A stretch of 61,452 nt of DNA, counting the filler. It is 4 parts of 4 records of this genome, joined end to end, with 100 filler letters (N's around TTAATTAATTAA, not from the genome) between each part and the next. Parts side by side here need not be neighbours in the genome. Positions count along the whole stretch, not along the records: positions 25,022 to 50,707 come from DRR378314_2270; 3 more parts are not named here. One strand, written 5' to 3'. Made by a program: the position numbers and the translations under genes. Shown in pieces: positions 29,885 to 43,231 of the stretch (position 1 is its first letter; every line of letters begins with the position of its first letter). The notes beneath the pieces are model-generated. The model was not told the origin of the DNA. It searched no databases and saw nothing but the letters and a program-made list of their open reading frames with translations.

Positions 29885-30478
29885 GCCTGCAAAGAAGCCC
29901 GCGGTAGACGGCGACAATAAACAGTCAATCGTGGTGAATAATTCCAGCAGACGCGCGTGCGTTTTCCGGCTCGGCACAGTACGCGTCGCAGCGCCCGAGC
30001 GCATATGCGCAGGCCCAGCACATCGGAAGCTAGCAAGGCTACCGCTCCCAATCGGGAAGGAGGGGTAGAATCCCATCGCCAGCACCTTGGGCATCGGATG
30101 ATCCTGAGAACTGCAAGTGTACCGCGCAGGCTCGGCCGGGTGTGGGGAAGGGCACACGCTGCAGCGCCCTACTCGCGCAGCGAACGCGCGGAGAACCTTC
30201 GAGAGGACACATGTCGACTGCTGTACCCCTCGGTTGCAGCACCACCGCCAGAGACTGTTGCCTCCCCACCAATCGCCTTCGCGCACCACTCCAGGACGCT
30301 CGGTGGAAGAGCGTGCTTCGCCTCCTGTGCGAGACTGCTCACGTGCACTCGCTCCCGTCCGTGGGCCGTGCGCGCTTCGTATAACGCCGCTTGTTCACGC
30401 CCTTCCGTAATAACAATCTCCAGTCGGGTGCATATCATGACGCTCCTTTTCCGCCCATTGCAGGGGCTTTACAATACC

Positions 30479-32023
30479 ATGGCGCGCGCTGTATTGCTTC
30501 CGGCTGTGCGTCCCAGCGCGCAAGTCGCATCGCTGGCGTGCCCGCGCCTGCTATCGTACCAGGCACGGCGACCTGCAGCCAGTGCGCTCTGCGGGGGTGT
30601 CGCCCGCACGCGGGCCATACCATGTACGCATATACCAGGAGTAGCTCCGGTGCGTATGAACTCGTGGCGAAGCATGCTGCGCAGGACTGGCAAGGCGGGT
30701 AAAATCCCGGCCTTGGAGGACGCTGCAGCCCACCAGGTACGCTCACAGCCCGCGGCCGGCCGCGCGGCGAGCCGCTTGCTCCCGTTCTGCAAGCTGCTCG
30801 TGCCCGCCGTCCACGCGTCCTTGTCTGGCTCAGCATGCAAACTGCCGCGGTAGTAATGGAACACGCAATATATAGAATAAAGACAATCTTCTTATGGGCG
30901 CGCGCCAAGGGCGGGGTGCAGCCCAGAGTGGCTCCGCCCGTCGCTTCCGAAGCGTTGGGGTCGCGTTGCGTGACGCTCCCGCTCGCTGGCTCAAGCAGCG
31001 TGGTGTGCCCTCTCCCGTGGCCGCGGTGTACGCTCTGCGCCCCGTACGATCCCCCTCCGCTCTGCACGCCGCAGCGGTGGCTGGCTCCAAATGCCATACG
31101 CGACTCTGCGTATCAATTTGACAAACATTGCCTTTGTACCTGGTACGTCTTTGCAGGCCGTGAATGTGGCGTCGCAGCGCACAATCCGCGGTCTCGTTCT
31201 CCGCAAGCTCGACGAGCTCGTCAGGCGGCATGCGGTGAAGCTCGGTGTACTAGGCGGTACTGTCGCGATCGTGGGGCTGTGGAAGCTCACGTTTGCCCTG
31301 ACGGCAGTGTTTGTCGACTTTGCCGAGTGGTTTGCTGAGCTCGGATTCTTCTTTTTCGCAGCTGCCACGGTTGGTTCGCTAGCTGTAATCATGTGGAACC
31401 GCTCCGCCATCAACCCAGAGTCCGTGTTTCGTCGCTCTCTGCGCCTCCTCACCGAGGAGCCCGCGGTTCGCGAGGTCCTCGGCGATAAAATCGAGACTAG
31501 CAGCCTTCGCGCCGTCGTCTTCTCCGGCGGAAATCTCAAGATGTCAAAAACCGGGCTTCCAAAGCTTCGCTCGAAACGCATTCATATGGTCTACCCCGTT
31601 ACGGGTGAGTTTGCGGCTACTGGTGAGCAGCGCAGCGCAATTGTGAGCGTCGAGGCGACGAAAAAGCGCGGCAAGTACAACTTCAAGCTCCTCGCCGTCG
31701 ACATCCCATCGCAGGACGCCCTGCTCATATTGCAGGGCGAGCCTGAGCGCTACGAGTCGCAGATCACTCTTGAACTGCGTGATCCGCTTCTACAATCGAT
31801 TTCACAGGAGCCTGTTCTTGAGCTGGAAGAAGAGGTCGAGGAAGAGCTCGAGCAGATCGAGGCACAGAAGGAACGCGAAGAGGCTGCAGCAGCCAAGGAG
31901 AAGGCGAAAGCGGCGGAGAACGAGCTGGCCAACGCAAGCACCACGGATGACCCAGGCCACGTACAACACTCGCATTCGCCGACAAACGCGCAACAGGTGA
32001 CAAAAGATAAGTCGTCGCCCTAA
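30479..32023 (+). CDS. Mitochondrial inner-membrane Tim21/Coa1-like protein, 2 exons
   Basis: Exon 30479-30736 (Arg-rich transit peptide) joins exon 31157-32023 in phase 0. Two TMs, then INPESVFRRSLRLL...LG, SVEATKKRGKY.FKLLAVD. Confidence 0.7.
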
Positions 32024-32364
32024 GGAGGTAAGCGCTCTCGCGGGCGCCCGTGTCCGGAAACTGCAATGAATGCCCAATGTGCCATGCTGGTCGCGCGCGA
32101 CGGTGACGAGCGCCTGCGCAGATGAAGCGCCGCAGCGAAACCCCCACCGTCCGCACGGTGCCATGCACGATGCGGGTCGTCTTAGTGTACACCGGTGCCT
32201 GTACAACGACATAGAGTGCACATCCTCGTGCGGATGAGCTCGGCCAACGAGCGGCGAAAGCTCGTGCTCAGCCTGGAGTGTATTGAACGTGCTGAAGCAC
32301 ATCCTTGCCAAAAATGGAAACGTATGCTTTTGCCAATTCTGGGACCAACCGGAGGAGAAGCACC

Positions 32365-35160
32365 CTATGTGCACTTCTCCACAATCAGATTCACAATGTC
32401 ACTCTTCTCGACGCATCCGGTCGAGCTCACTCCATGATCACGCAAAATTGCCTTGAGCTCGCCCACCGATTTCGAGTTGAGCTCCTCGCGAGACGCGGTA
32501 ACCTTCTGCAGGTCACAAAGCGGGTGCGCACACAGCGGCACAAGGCGCGGCAAGGGTTAATCTACAACCACGGACGCGCGCAAGGCCACCGAGTCGTCCA
32601 GATTCGTGCACGGCAGCAAGGCGCTTACGCAGTGCAACAGTATATGCGATTTCTTCCATGCGTAGCACCCAGAACCAAGTAGAATATTGCAGCCAATGCA
32701 GTTAACAGGAACTGAAATCCACCGGGGGTACGGAGGAGGAAGCCGCACGAACAAGGGACACACGTGTCGTACCACGGCACGCACTTTTGAAGAGGCGCAC
32801 CGCTACAACTTCCAGGCGAAGATATCTGCCCTTCTACGCCTACATGGCGTATCATTTGCATCGTTCCCACAGCAGACCAAATTGGAATAAAAACGAAAGG
32901 GAAGCGTACAAATGAATAAGTAAATGACGCCAACAGCCACAGAGGCACAAGACTATTCGAATACCCCTCAAAATCTCCTTCGGATACAAAACAGCATTCG
33001 GTGAAGTAAACCAGCAACGTCGTCGCTCTAGGCACGCAACCAAAACAGTACACACGCCCGATGAATCGCACTCAAGAGCGCCCGATACGTGGCCGAGCCC
33101 GCGCAGGGATAAACAGCACGAGCAAGAGCGCCCCGGGCGTGCGCAACGGACGTAATATCCATGACGCCGCACAACATACAACGTGCTGTCGCGCGCGCCC
33201 AAGGGTATGACACCCTACCCAGTGCGTAGCCGGTCCAGACGGCACACACAGAAAATAAAACAACAACAACAGAGTGATCTAGAGCAGGCTACACCGCCGC
33301 TATCTGCGCACAAATATGATGTTATCTACCATTGCATTGAACGTACAGCAGGCTTCATTTTGCGAACCGCATCTTCGATGGCAGTCTCAAAATCAGGTTG
33401 CATGGGGTGCCCAAAGAATGTAATCGTGCCCTCGGCGTCGACGACAAACGCAGTCGGGATACCGCGCGAGCCTACAAGCGATCAGCACACAGTTGCAGTA
33501 CCGTGGAGGGAAACGGAAAATGCATCATAGTAAGCGGTCAGCACGTGCACAGGCGAGGAGCAACGCGCATGCGGTCCATTCAACAGCAGCTGGCGCGCCA
33601 GCACGGTCGCCAGCAACCCACCCCCTCGCAACGCGAGAGCGTCCCGCACAGCGCACAGTGACGTTGAGCGCAGAGCGCCGACAAAAGGCGCCCTGCCACG
33701 ACACCGCCACAGGACACCAATCCCAAGACCGTATCATGACAAACGCTTACAGATACAACCAACCAACTCTGAAGCGCCTATATAAAACCATGGTAGTCCA
33801 ATACGCACCTGACGGCTCCATAAGACCAGTGTAGGCGCTCTCCTCCGCATCAGAGGCGACGACATAGTCCATTGAGCTCCCTTGCTGATCCACAAAAGGC
33901 TGCGTCCCGGCGAGCAGGCAACAGGGATCCGTAGTGTGCAATGCGAGAAAAAAAAACGCAGTGTATCAATGCACAATTTCATAAACGAAGTGATGCCCAA
34001 CACATGCATGTCAACAGCGCTCACTGTGATGCGCGAAATGGCGGCGCCTACACAAGCGAAACGACGCTGCACAAGGCAGCAGCGCGGGGTTTCCCGACGA
34101 CTCGTCAGCGCGCACACGCGAACGGCTAGCACAATTCGTACAGCAGCACTGCATTTCCCTCGTGTAGCACACGTGGAAGAGAAGAAACACTCGCTGAAAA
34201 CATGCAACGCGACACGGCAGAGCAGAGATGTTCAGTGAACGTGAAACCACTTGGAAGTGTCGCAAAACCATGCACCACTACCGCTCGCACGTTGAGCACC
34301 ATGTGCTGCGAACGCGACCCACCTTGCAAGCGGCGGCGTCCTCGTTCGTAACACCGACCACGACAACTTTGCCCGCATACTTCTTCTGGATCTCCGTCAA
34401 ATGCGGGATCGATGTCCGGCAAGGAGGACACCATGTCGCCCAAAATTCAACGACTGTGACCTATCAGTAAGAGGAGGACGAGAAAAGACACCGCGGCCGA
34501 GAAGCGCGTTTGTCAGCACTCGCGACGTTGGCGCGCGCGGCAGAGCACGTGCACCGGCACGCGCACCGAGCACTGCACTTTGCCAGCGACTGCGCGTGCA
34601 TTATGCAATACAGCCCCATGGAGCAAATACAACGCTGCCACAGACATCAACACGTTCCCATACTCACACCAGTTTCATGCAATGGCGGAAAGAGGCCAAG
34701 ACGGTCAACGAAGTGGCATTGCCATCGTACCGGAGGAGTCTGTGTGGTGCTAGACGCTCGCACGCGACACGCTGCAGAGGCGACCAACTGGCACGCTTGG
34801 CACGCGTACGTGCGCGTGGTGCCTCTTGCTGTTGTTGCACGGTACACGCTGTAGCACACCGCCGTTACCCATTCAGTGCAATGACCCCATCACAAGCAAA
34901 GAAACGCGGCGCTAAATTCGCCTAAACTCGTACCACATGCAAAGAGCTGAAATTGCGATCGTGCAAAGCACTCTGCCGGGGCAATCAGGCACCAGCTGCG
35001 ACCTCCTTACGCGCGCGACGTGAGTCAGCGCACGTGCGCGCCGTGGCGTGCGGCACACATGGCCTCTGCGGAAGCACACCTTTCCAGGAACTGGCACAGC
35101 GTCGGCATTGCCTTTGAGAAATTCGAGACCTTCAATAGCTGGACACTTGGTACCCTTCAT
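32365..35160 (-). CDS. TlpA/ResA-type thioredoxin-like protein with a C-terminal MANF/ARMET-like helical domain, 5 exons
   Basis: Exons 35160-35080, 34460-34323 (VEFWATWCPPCRTSIPHL), ~33899-33809, ~33471-33347 (GIPTAFVVD..GHP) and ~32506-32365 (ELKAILRDHGVSSTGCVEKSDIV). All junctions are GT-AG. Confidence 0.8.
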
Positions 35161-37096
35161 TGTTGAAAACTGGGTCTGGAAAAAAAGGACCTGTAACGTG
35201 GGGACTGCCGCGGCACACAAGCAGACCGGCTGAACCAAAACGGGTCTGGTGCAGGGAACTTGGGTTGCTGAAGAAAAAAACTTCGAGCAAGCCTGCACGG
35301 TTCGCGAAGGATGCCAACAGCAACCGCCTGCTTGGACGGACGGGCTCATCATATACTCAAACCTAGGGCCAAACATAAAACCCATCTTGCGCTTCCTGGC
35401 CTCCTTCACAGACTCACTCCCAAACAGGGAGACAACGAGGAATCTCTCGCAGGAGCTTGCCGGCAATTATGGAGGCCTGCGCGGAAACACAGTCAACTTT
35501 TGAAGCTATTTAACGCGCATGCCCATCTTGAGTTGCACGCAATACTCATCTTGGAGCGATAAAGGGTGCAGCCTCCGCCTCCGCCCTTGTACGTTATGTG
35601 TCGAGTGCGCTGAAAATGAGTGCAATGCAACAAGAACACAAAATATGAGCAAGCTCCTTGGCCATTACGGCTAGGTGCGCACACCCTACACCAACTGACC
35701 GGCCGTCGCATACTCACAAGGTACCGAGCTCACCCCAACCCGACTCGAATGCTGCTCATAAAAGTGAAAGGCGGCATCGGATAGACTTCCACGGGCAGGA
35801 AGGCATGTGCCAATGGAGAGTACCTGTGTGCGAGACCGCTGCAAAAGGTGGCACATTGCTGCACGGGGCTCCTCGTTAGCAACAAACCCTGCACTCCCAT
35901 CCACAGTTTTCAACAGGCAGCGAATAACACTCCTGCCAAGCTTCGAACGCTTCCAACTATTTCAAGGTAAACAAAAGCTCACATTGTACACGTACAGGGT
36001 GTTACACCCGCAGCTTGAATCGATGTCGTTTGAGACGCAGTCAAGAATGCTCCAGTTTGCGAAAGCAACGACGTGTTTTGCATGACCGGGCTGGACATGG
36101 AATCACAGCAAGCCCAGGGCGAATACGCTCGTGAGCAGAGCACTGAGTTTCGCCCAAAGCACGGTGCGGGGAATCCTGTATTCCGTTTTCGTATTGGTGT
36201 ACAAAGATATGGCAATAACACATGCAAATGACCATAGTCGGGACACCGAGGGCATGCACAACACGCTTGCCTTGTATCTCTACACGGAGTCGATCGTTAG
36301 CCCGCGCCCATTGTGGAAGCAGTTCAAGCGTAAGGATGCGCCTCCTCAACACCCCTGTAAAAAACAACTCCTTTGCATGCTGCACACAGATACGCAGAGT
36401 CACTAGATCTAGACCTCAAAAACAGCCTGATGATTGCATCCTATCATAGAGTGCTCGATAAATTGCGAGCGGCGCTGTCCACCAAGCAAGGAATTCGCTG
36501 CGCTGTGTTCCAAAACCAACGAACACGCGCAGCGCCGAAACGGCGCTGCCCATCCCGTAAACAGTGATTTTCGAATGCAATCCTTCCTCTTTCTCAATCA
36601 TCCAAAACGACGATATCACGTTTAACAAAAGCCAGCTTCTTCCTTAGTTTCTCGCTTTTGTTGGGGCATCACTTGCCTACGGGACGAAGCACACAGAGAG
36701 GGGGCTGGGCGAACGTCGCGCGAGCACACCAGGGGACGCTCCCGGGCTGCACTGACGAGGCCTTCGCTACCCCATCATTCGTTCGCCCCTGTCCCCTCTG
36801 GGTAAATTCACAGATAGACGATTGTATAGAACGCACGTGAAAGAAAAGTGATTATTGCAATATTTTGTGGCGCACGTACGATATTGCCGTACTGCGACTT
36901 CACAGCGTAACGAAAGAGGCGAGGCTCGCAAGAGTGCGCGATTGTGTGACATAGGTTCACGATGTAGGGGTAACATACCTCAGCAATGCGCCGCTCTCTG
37001 CTCCTCCGCATTCCACGCGGTAGCGCCCACTTTCCGGAGCACGCGTTGCCGCAGCATCGTTGCCCGGACGAAAACAGGCAGCGCGTACAAGCCATC

Positions 37097-38765
37097 ATGC
37101 CCGGCGAAGCCAGCGCAGGCGCGCTGCAGCCAGCTTCTTCGTCGAGCGACTCGTTCGAGTACCCACGCGAGTACCATTTCCCACCCTTTTTTACGTACGT
37201 TGACAACGAAGACCTTGGTCTCTTTTGCGATCTGGCCGTGGAGCCCTTGGGTATTTGCCAGCTCTCGTGGTCCGACGAGCACGAATGGAATCTGGCAGGA
37301 GGACGTGAGGCAGCTTGTCGAAGTGCGTCTTCCGCGGCATTCGTGCACAAGAACCGTGCGGAAGCGCTGCGCTAAGATTTGCGAAGCGCGTTCTGTACAC
37401 CACCTTTTCTCACAAACTTGGCTTTCTTTCTCCGTCTCTTGTATACAACAACAACAACAACAATGCATCGCTTCTGGCAGACTGCAGCCTGTGGACGAGA
37501 CGCGCGCGCAGCAAGCTCGCGTGTGGGGCGCGTTGGTGCGGTCGTATTGTAAACACCATGGCAGAACGCGCCTCGTGCTGGCCGAGGCGCTAGACCATCC
37601 CCCATTCGCGAATCCGCATATTTCTCGTACGTGCATGGCGTAGTGTCTGAACGCTGCTGAAACATTGTCAAACTCTTCTTACGTTCGTGTGGCGAGTGCT
37701 AAGGCTATTATCGAAAGAAAAGGGAGAGTGGCAGCGCGCTGTTCAGGCCTCCGGTAGGCTGTCTGCGCTTGCTGCAGTGTTCGCGCGGGAGCGCGTCTGT
37801 ACGCCTGTGCGTCCGTCCGAAGCTGCGTTCCTGTTGCCGCGCCCTCGAGCAACGTATTGCCCGCTAGGTTGAAAAAAATGAGAGAGAAACAAGCCGATTT
37901 CCTATTTCTTAGTAAACTTCTTTATCGCTATCGCATTCGTACAGGAAAGCTCAAAAGAGAAGCGGCAGAATATTTTATTGATGAAATGGTGCGCGAAGGT
38001 GCGAAAACCCGGTGCTTGGCCAGAACAGGCCGCTCTGAGCGGAACTCCACGCTCTGCGGTGCCGCGCGCTCGCCCGATCAAGGCGAGTTGCCATACTGCT
38101 TGCGCGTCGTCCCTGACTTTGCCGAGTCATTTTTCTTTGACATTCCAGGCTATGCAGAATGGGCGGACAGTGCGCGCACAGCGGTGCTGGTGTTTTGGAA
38201 TCGACCCGTGGAGTGGGCTACGCGGATTCAGGATTGGGTACGCACTACAGGCAACTGTATGGAACCGAGCACACTCCTCCAGCGCACTCGTGCACTTGCT
38301 CAACTTCTTGCTAGCACAGCGCCGACGTCCGCAAAGCACGTGCTATGTATGGTGCCAAAATGCCGATTTCAACCAATAAAAATCGGATTGTCTGTTATTG
38401 TTTTGTGTTTGTTCTTTTTTTTTTTTCGTGCACGCGACTACCATGCAGATTGTAAGTACAGGGCAGAGTGGAAATATATTTACCGTGTACGAGCTCCGAA
38501 AGGGCGACGCAGGTTTTGGCTCAGGTACGCCCTTGAGCACGTGCACGTTCCGCGGCACGCCTCCGCACTTGCGACGGGACCGTTGATCGATCTGCAGGCG
38601 CGAGAAGCTCACGGTCTTCGGCCTTCTTGCATGAACTTCGACGCAGCGTTCCACGGATTGGACGCGGACACCATGCTACGCTCTCTGCAGCTCCTCGAAA
38701 CGGACGGCAAGGTCCGGCTTGTTCCCGCGGATACACCAGACGATACAGGTGTCAAGTTCTCGTGA
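37097..38765 (+). CDS. VPS25: ESCRT-II subunit VPS25, 6 exons
   Basis: FEYPREYHFPPFFT|LQP..ETR..Q...W, AEW, FWNRPVEWA..I..W, FTVYEL..G, FHGLD...L..L..LE..GK, GVKF. Confidence 0.9.
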
Positions 38766-39488
38766 TCGCGCCGGTCCTCGAAGCTGGACATACCTTCAGT
38801 GTCAACTGGGCACCGCCGCGAGTCTCGTAGTAGGTTCAGCGGAGGCAAGACACACATCACGTTGGCCGGCAGTTGAGAGAAAATTGTAGTATGCAATTCT
38901 TCGCTGGTTGCTTCCAACCGCTGGCGCACGCGAGGAAAGCGCCTTGTCACAACGAGGGGCATCGCCACGTCGCCAACGCAGTGCATTTGTTCTCCATGGG
39001 TAAGAAAATGCAGATAAAACGACTACAATATGTTGATGTGTATCCTTGTTTTAATAAAGAACTAATACGCCAGATGGAGGTATAGGTGATGGGCGTTCCT
39101 GTGGCGAGCTGAAGGGATCCGCACGAGGCCCGCGTTGTCCAGAGAGTACCTGCGAGAGTGCCCTTGCACGCGCGTTACTTTATCAAAGCAGTCAGGTTGG
39201 ACAGACCGGCTTCACACACTCCCCTCCCCAAAGGGAGTAGAATGCTAAACGCTTCTGTAGCAGTGTGGCCGCAGCATGATGTGGGAGAGACGGAATCATC
39301 GCCCCTTACAGCGATGTGACCGCTGAAGTGGCGGGAACGCCCTGCGCCGTTGTGCGCGCGCTCGACTGTTCTTGCAGGCTTGCCCTCGCTTCATAGGTTG
39401 TGCTAGCAGGGTTCGCAAGTCTCGCTCGGCCCGCTGTCGGCCCGGTCGAGCAACGCGCCGCAGGCAGCTTCTTTCCAAACTCCTGTTC

Positions 39489-41854
39489 ATGCCGGCACGC
39501 CGCTCTCTGGTCGTAGCCGCTGCGCTTGCAATCGTTGCATACTTGGTGTCAGAAGCTGTGAACTCGAATCGGTTTGTAGGCGACGCCCATCCCCGCGAAG
39601 CCATGTCAGAAGCAGCCACTGCGGCCGCTACCGCTGGCGCTGCACGAATGCGTGCGGTGGTCATAGGTGCAACAGGTGCGGCTCAAGCGCTTACCACCAT
39701 TTTTTTTTTTTTTTTTTGCTGGTCGTTGTTGCTGGTTTTTTCAGCTGCCATATTCACGAATCATTATTGTGCATACGCGCTATAACACTGCGCATCATAG
39801 ATGAATGCATCACTATATTTCTGCAGACGTGCTTTTCTCATTGCCGAGGAGGAGCAGAAAGCGCCTCACGCCGAACGCGCACGTCGAAACCAACGCTGAT
39901 TGTTTGGTGCAGGCGCGACTGGGCAGCACTTGGCCGCTTTGCTGGCCAATCACCCGCGTGTCGACCGCGTCACTCTCATCGGTAGACGCCGGTTAGAGCT
40001 CTCGGACCCCGGATTCAACCAGGCAGAAGAAAATGGCAAACTTGTACAACATGTCGTTGATACATCAAAGCTGGAAGAGGTACGCTGAGCCGGCAACGGA
40101 CGCATCCCGCGCGCGGAGCAGACGCTGTCGAAACACCTGGCGGTATGCCGCTGTGTCTGCCCTTGCTGTTTCCGCTTTCGTATCGTCACTCTCCGACGGC
40201 CGCGCGCCTAAACTCCTTGTAACGCAATTTGTGGCTGTGTTCATCTGCTTTCCTTTCGTATCTGGATAAAATACGTTCTGTGTAGGCAGACGGGGCGATG
40301 TTTGAAAACCATAATGTGGCGTTCTCCACGCTTGGAACGACGCGCCGCGACGCTGGCGGTGCCGAGGTGCGCGCTGTTGCAACCAGGGCTGGCGTGCCAT
40401 GCAGGCGCGCAACTGCGTAGTGTTCAAGGCTACGCATAGCTGAGTACACCCGGCTTGTGCTCCGCAATGTCATTTATCAAACTCGTGTGTCCTCTACTTT
40501 CAGCCCTTTCGGAAAATCGATTACGGCATCAATATTGCGTTTGCCAAGCGCTGCGCTGCCGTGAAGGGAATCCAGCACTACTCGCTCATGTCGTCACAGG
40601 TACGCTCACTGTGGCGCGCTGCACTGTGACGCACACATTGCGGGCCGCGCCAAACACCAAGCAGAACTATGCGTACGCGTCCGTATTCTCGCATGATAAC
40701 CTTTGGAAACAGCAGGAGAGTGCACGCTGGAGAGAAAGCAGACCGAAAATGGAATACCAGATCGCTGTGGCGCGACGCAGTGGCTGCCCGTTGATGTGCT
40801 TCGGGCGTTCGTGGTGGTGCTTGCTTGGTGATGACGTTGCCTCTCTGCAGGGAGCAAGCGACTCGTCCTTCTTTTTGTATATGAAGACGAAAGGAGAAAT
40901 CGAGCGCGAAGTGTCTGGTACGTAGCCGTATATAAAGTGCCGCACGGAAGTGCCACGAAGAACTGGGTGCTGCATGAGTGCTATTCCTACCGCGAATTCT
41001 CCTTCGGAGCGTGTTCCCCCGCGCTCCCCTGTCGATCGCTGCTCTACTGTTTTGCGTGAGCACCGTTGGAATGGCATGCGCTGCCGTGCATTTTTTCGTG
41101 CCATTTTATGACTGAACATAAGTCTTTATAACGAGAATAGCGACGTGCGAACGGATTCCGGCTCGTATTGGCTACTCGATCTGCAGGGTTAGGTTTCGCG
41201 TCGGTTAGCATCATGCGCCCTGGACTGTTAGGGCGTGGCGAAAAATCGAGGCTGGTGGAGAAGCTGGCCTCTTTGGTATCGCCTGTCATGCCTGTCGAAA
41301 CTGTTGCGCGCGGTAAGTTCTGGCGCATGGTAGCTGCTACGTAAATGCCGCGATGAGACTGCCCAAATGAAGTGGTGTCGGTCACAGAGCGTGCTTCTCG
41401 TCCTGCAGCGCTGTGCTGACTCCATCAAGTGCACGAAACGCACGCGATGCTCAGCTCCTGTTGCAGGCTTGATACACGCGCAAAGTATTTAATGCCTATC
41501 GTTCACCATGCCGGTTGCATCATTTTTTGTTCCTGTATTGTGGCAAGAGATAGCTGCAGTGCGTCGGCATCGTGCCGTGGTTCGTTTCTGCCGCTGGCGC
41601 ACACAAGCCGAAGGTTTCCGCATTTGCCTGCCGGAACAAAGGCGCCTCCAAGGGACCCGGCGTGTTCGCTGCGTGCATCGATACAGCTACGCTTATTTTC
41701 GTGCTGACTCTGCATCGCCTGAATTACAAATCCTGCCTCATCAGCTATGATGGGGCGCGCCTTTTCCGCGCTGGAAGGTCACTCGAGCGGTGCTGTTGAG
41801 CGGCTAGACAACAAGGGCATCCGTACCGCTGCGGCTGAGGCGCCGACAAGCTAA
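39489..41854 (+). CDS. HTATIP2/TIP30 (CC3)-like NAD(P)-binding oxidoreductase, multi-exon
   Basis: VIGATG|ATG, IGRR, FSTLGTTRRDAG, GASDSSFFLYMKTKGEIE, IMRPGLL.R across GT-AG exons. Confidence 0.82.
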
Positions 41855-43231
41855 ACCTGACGCTTGCGCGAGCGCGCTCTGCCTGGCCTGTTCCCCTTCG
41901 AATGTCGAGCATCATCTCTTTACCCGCCGGGAAAATATCGACAAATAAATGTCATCTTTCGTTCTCTCTGGTCTTTGCTTGGATTTTGCGCCAACGGCAG
42001 CTGATACTTTCAAGCCACAGGTCGAGCGAGAGGGGAGGTGTTCGGGACCACAAGGCAGGCTGCAAGGCTTCAGCTGATTTATGAAGAGGTCAAGTTTACT
42101 CGACTTGTTTGCATCCATTTATATATTCTGTTTCACCTCTCCTAATGTCTGCTTGCGCCTGCTGCTCATGCTTCTACGCCGCCCAAGCTGCCCATAGCTG
42201 GGCTAACCCTAAGTTTGGCTTGCCCCACGTCGCTGGTGTGCACTTGTGCGCATTATCGACGGCACTGCTTATCCTTCGCACGCCTCGCAAGGGGCTGTGC
42301 GCGGCTGTGACGAAGTTCGCAGAGGTGTGCGCTTGCGTGACACTCGCCCACACACTGGGAGCCCTGTAGCGTACTGAGGACCACGGCGCTCGTCTCTGCA
42401 GAGGCAGCGAGAGCGGCAAGCGGCCCAGCCGTTGCCGCTCCGTTTGTGGTGGCTCCCTTTTTTTTCCCCCTTGTATCTGGATTGGTATCTCCTCTCCCGC
42501 TCGTTAGCACTCAACTTCCGCCGCGTTGCAGTCCCGCTTCGTTGCAATCGCACTCGCAATGCTATTCATTGTTAAACATAGTTGCAATACAGAGACTCTT
42601 CCGCTTCTGCTCTTTCCGCTCTTGCTCACGCGGCTTGCCAAGGGGAGCAAGCGTCAAGCTCTTGGTCATTATCCTCGTGCTGCCCTTGGGCTGCTGCTTG
42701 TGCAGTGGGGCCACCACAGACTGAGAGATGCGAAAACGACCTGCAGCCCGCGCCGCCGTTCCAGTGCGCCGCGTTCCGCGCAGGTGTTCGTCCGCAACCA
42801 GACGCCAGCTCACCAATAGCAGTTGCAAAGGCACAGCCAAACGCCAAGGAGCCCACGATGCCACGATTCTTCCTTGCGAAGTATATCATGTCGCACGCAT
42901 TTTCAGGGTACGGAAAATGAGGTGTTCGTGGCCTTGCAGCGACGCACGTTCGTGGTGTGCGTTCGTGGAAAGCGTCTTCGCCTGCGTGCCCGTTGCAGAA
43001 CAACTGCCGCACCTGTCGCTGTCCTCACGGGCCATCGAGCCACGGGACGAGATTGGCGCCCCGGCCTGCGGGCCCCGCGGTGACGGGGCGCCGCTCGCAG
43101 CCAATGCTCAGCCTCGCGTCCGTATTTTTCCGCGCGCTGCCGACTCGCCGACGTCTGCTCTCTCTTTGCTGCGCATCTGAGCCACTCTCGCAAACGCACC
43201 CCTCTGCGCCGCTCTGACCACCACTTCCAAG

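Noticed and set aside
35200-37000. Short ORFs between the redoxin and VPS25 genes
   Set aside because: No motif or splice-consistent model; treated as intergenic/UTR.
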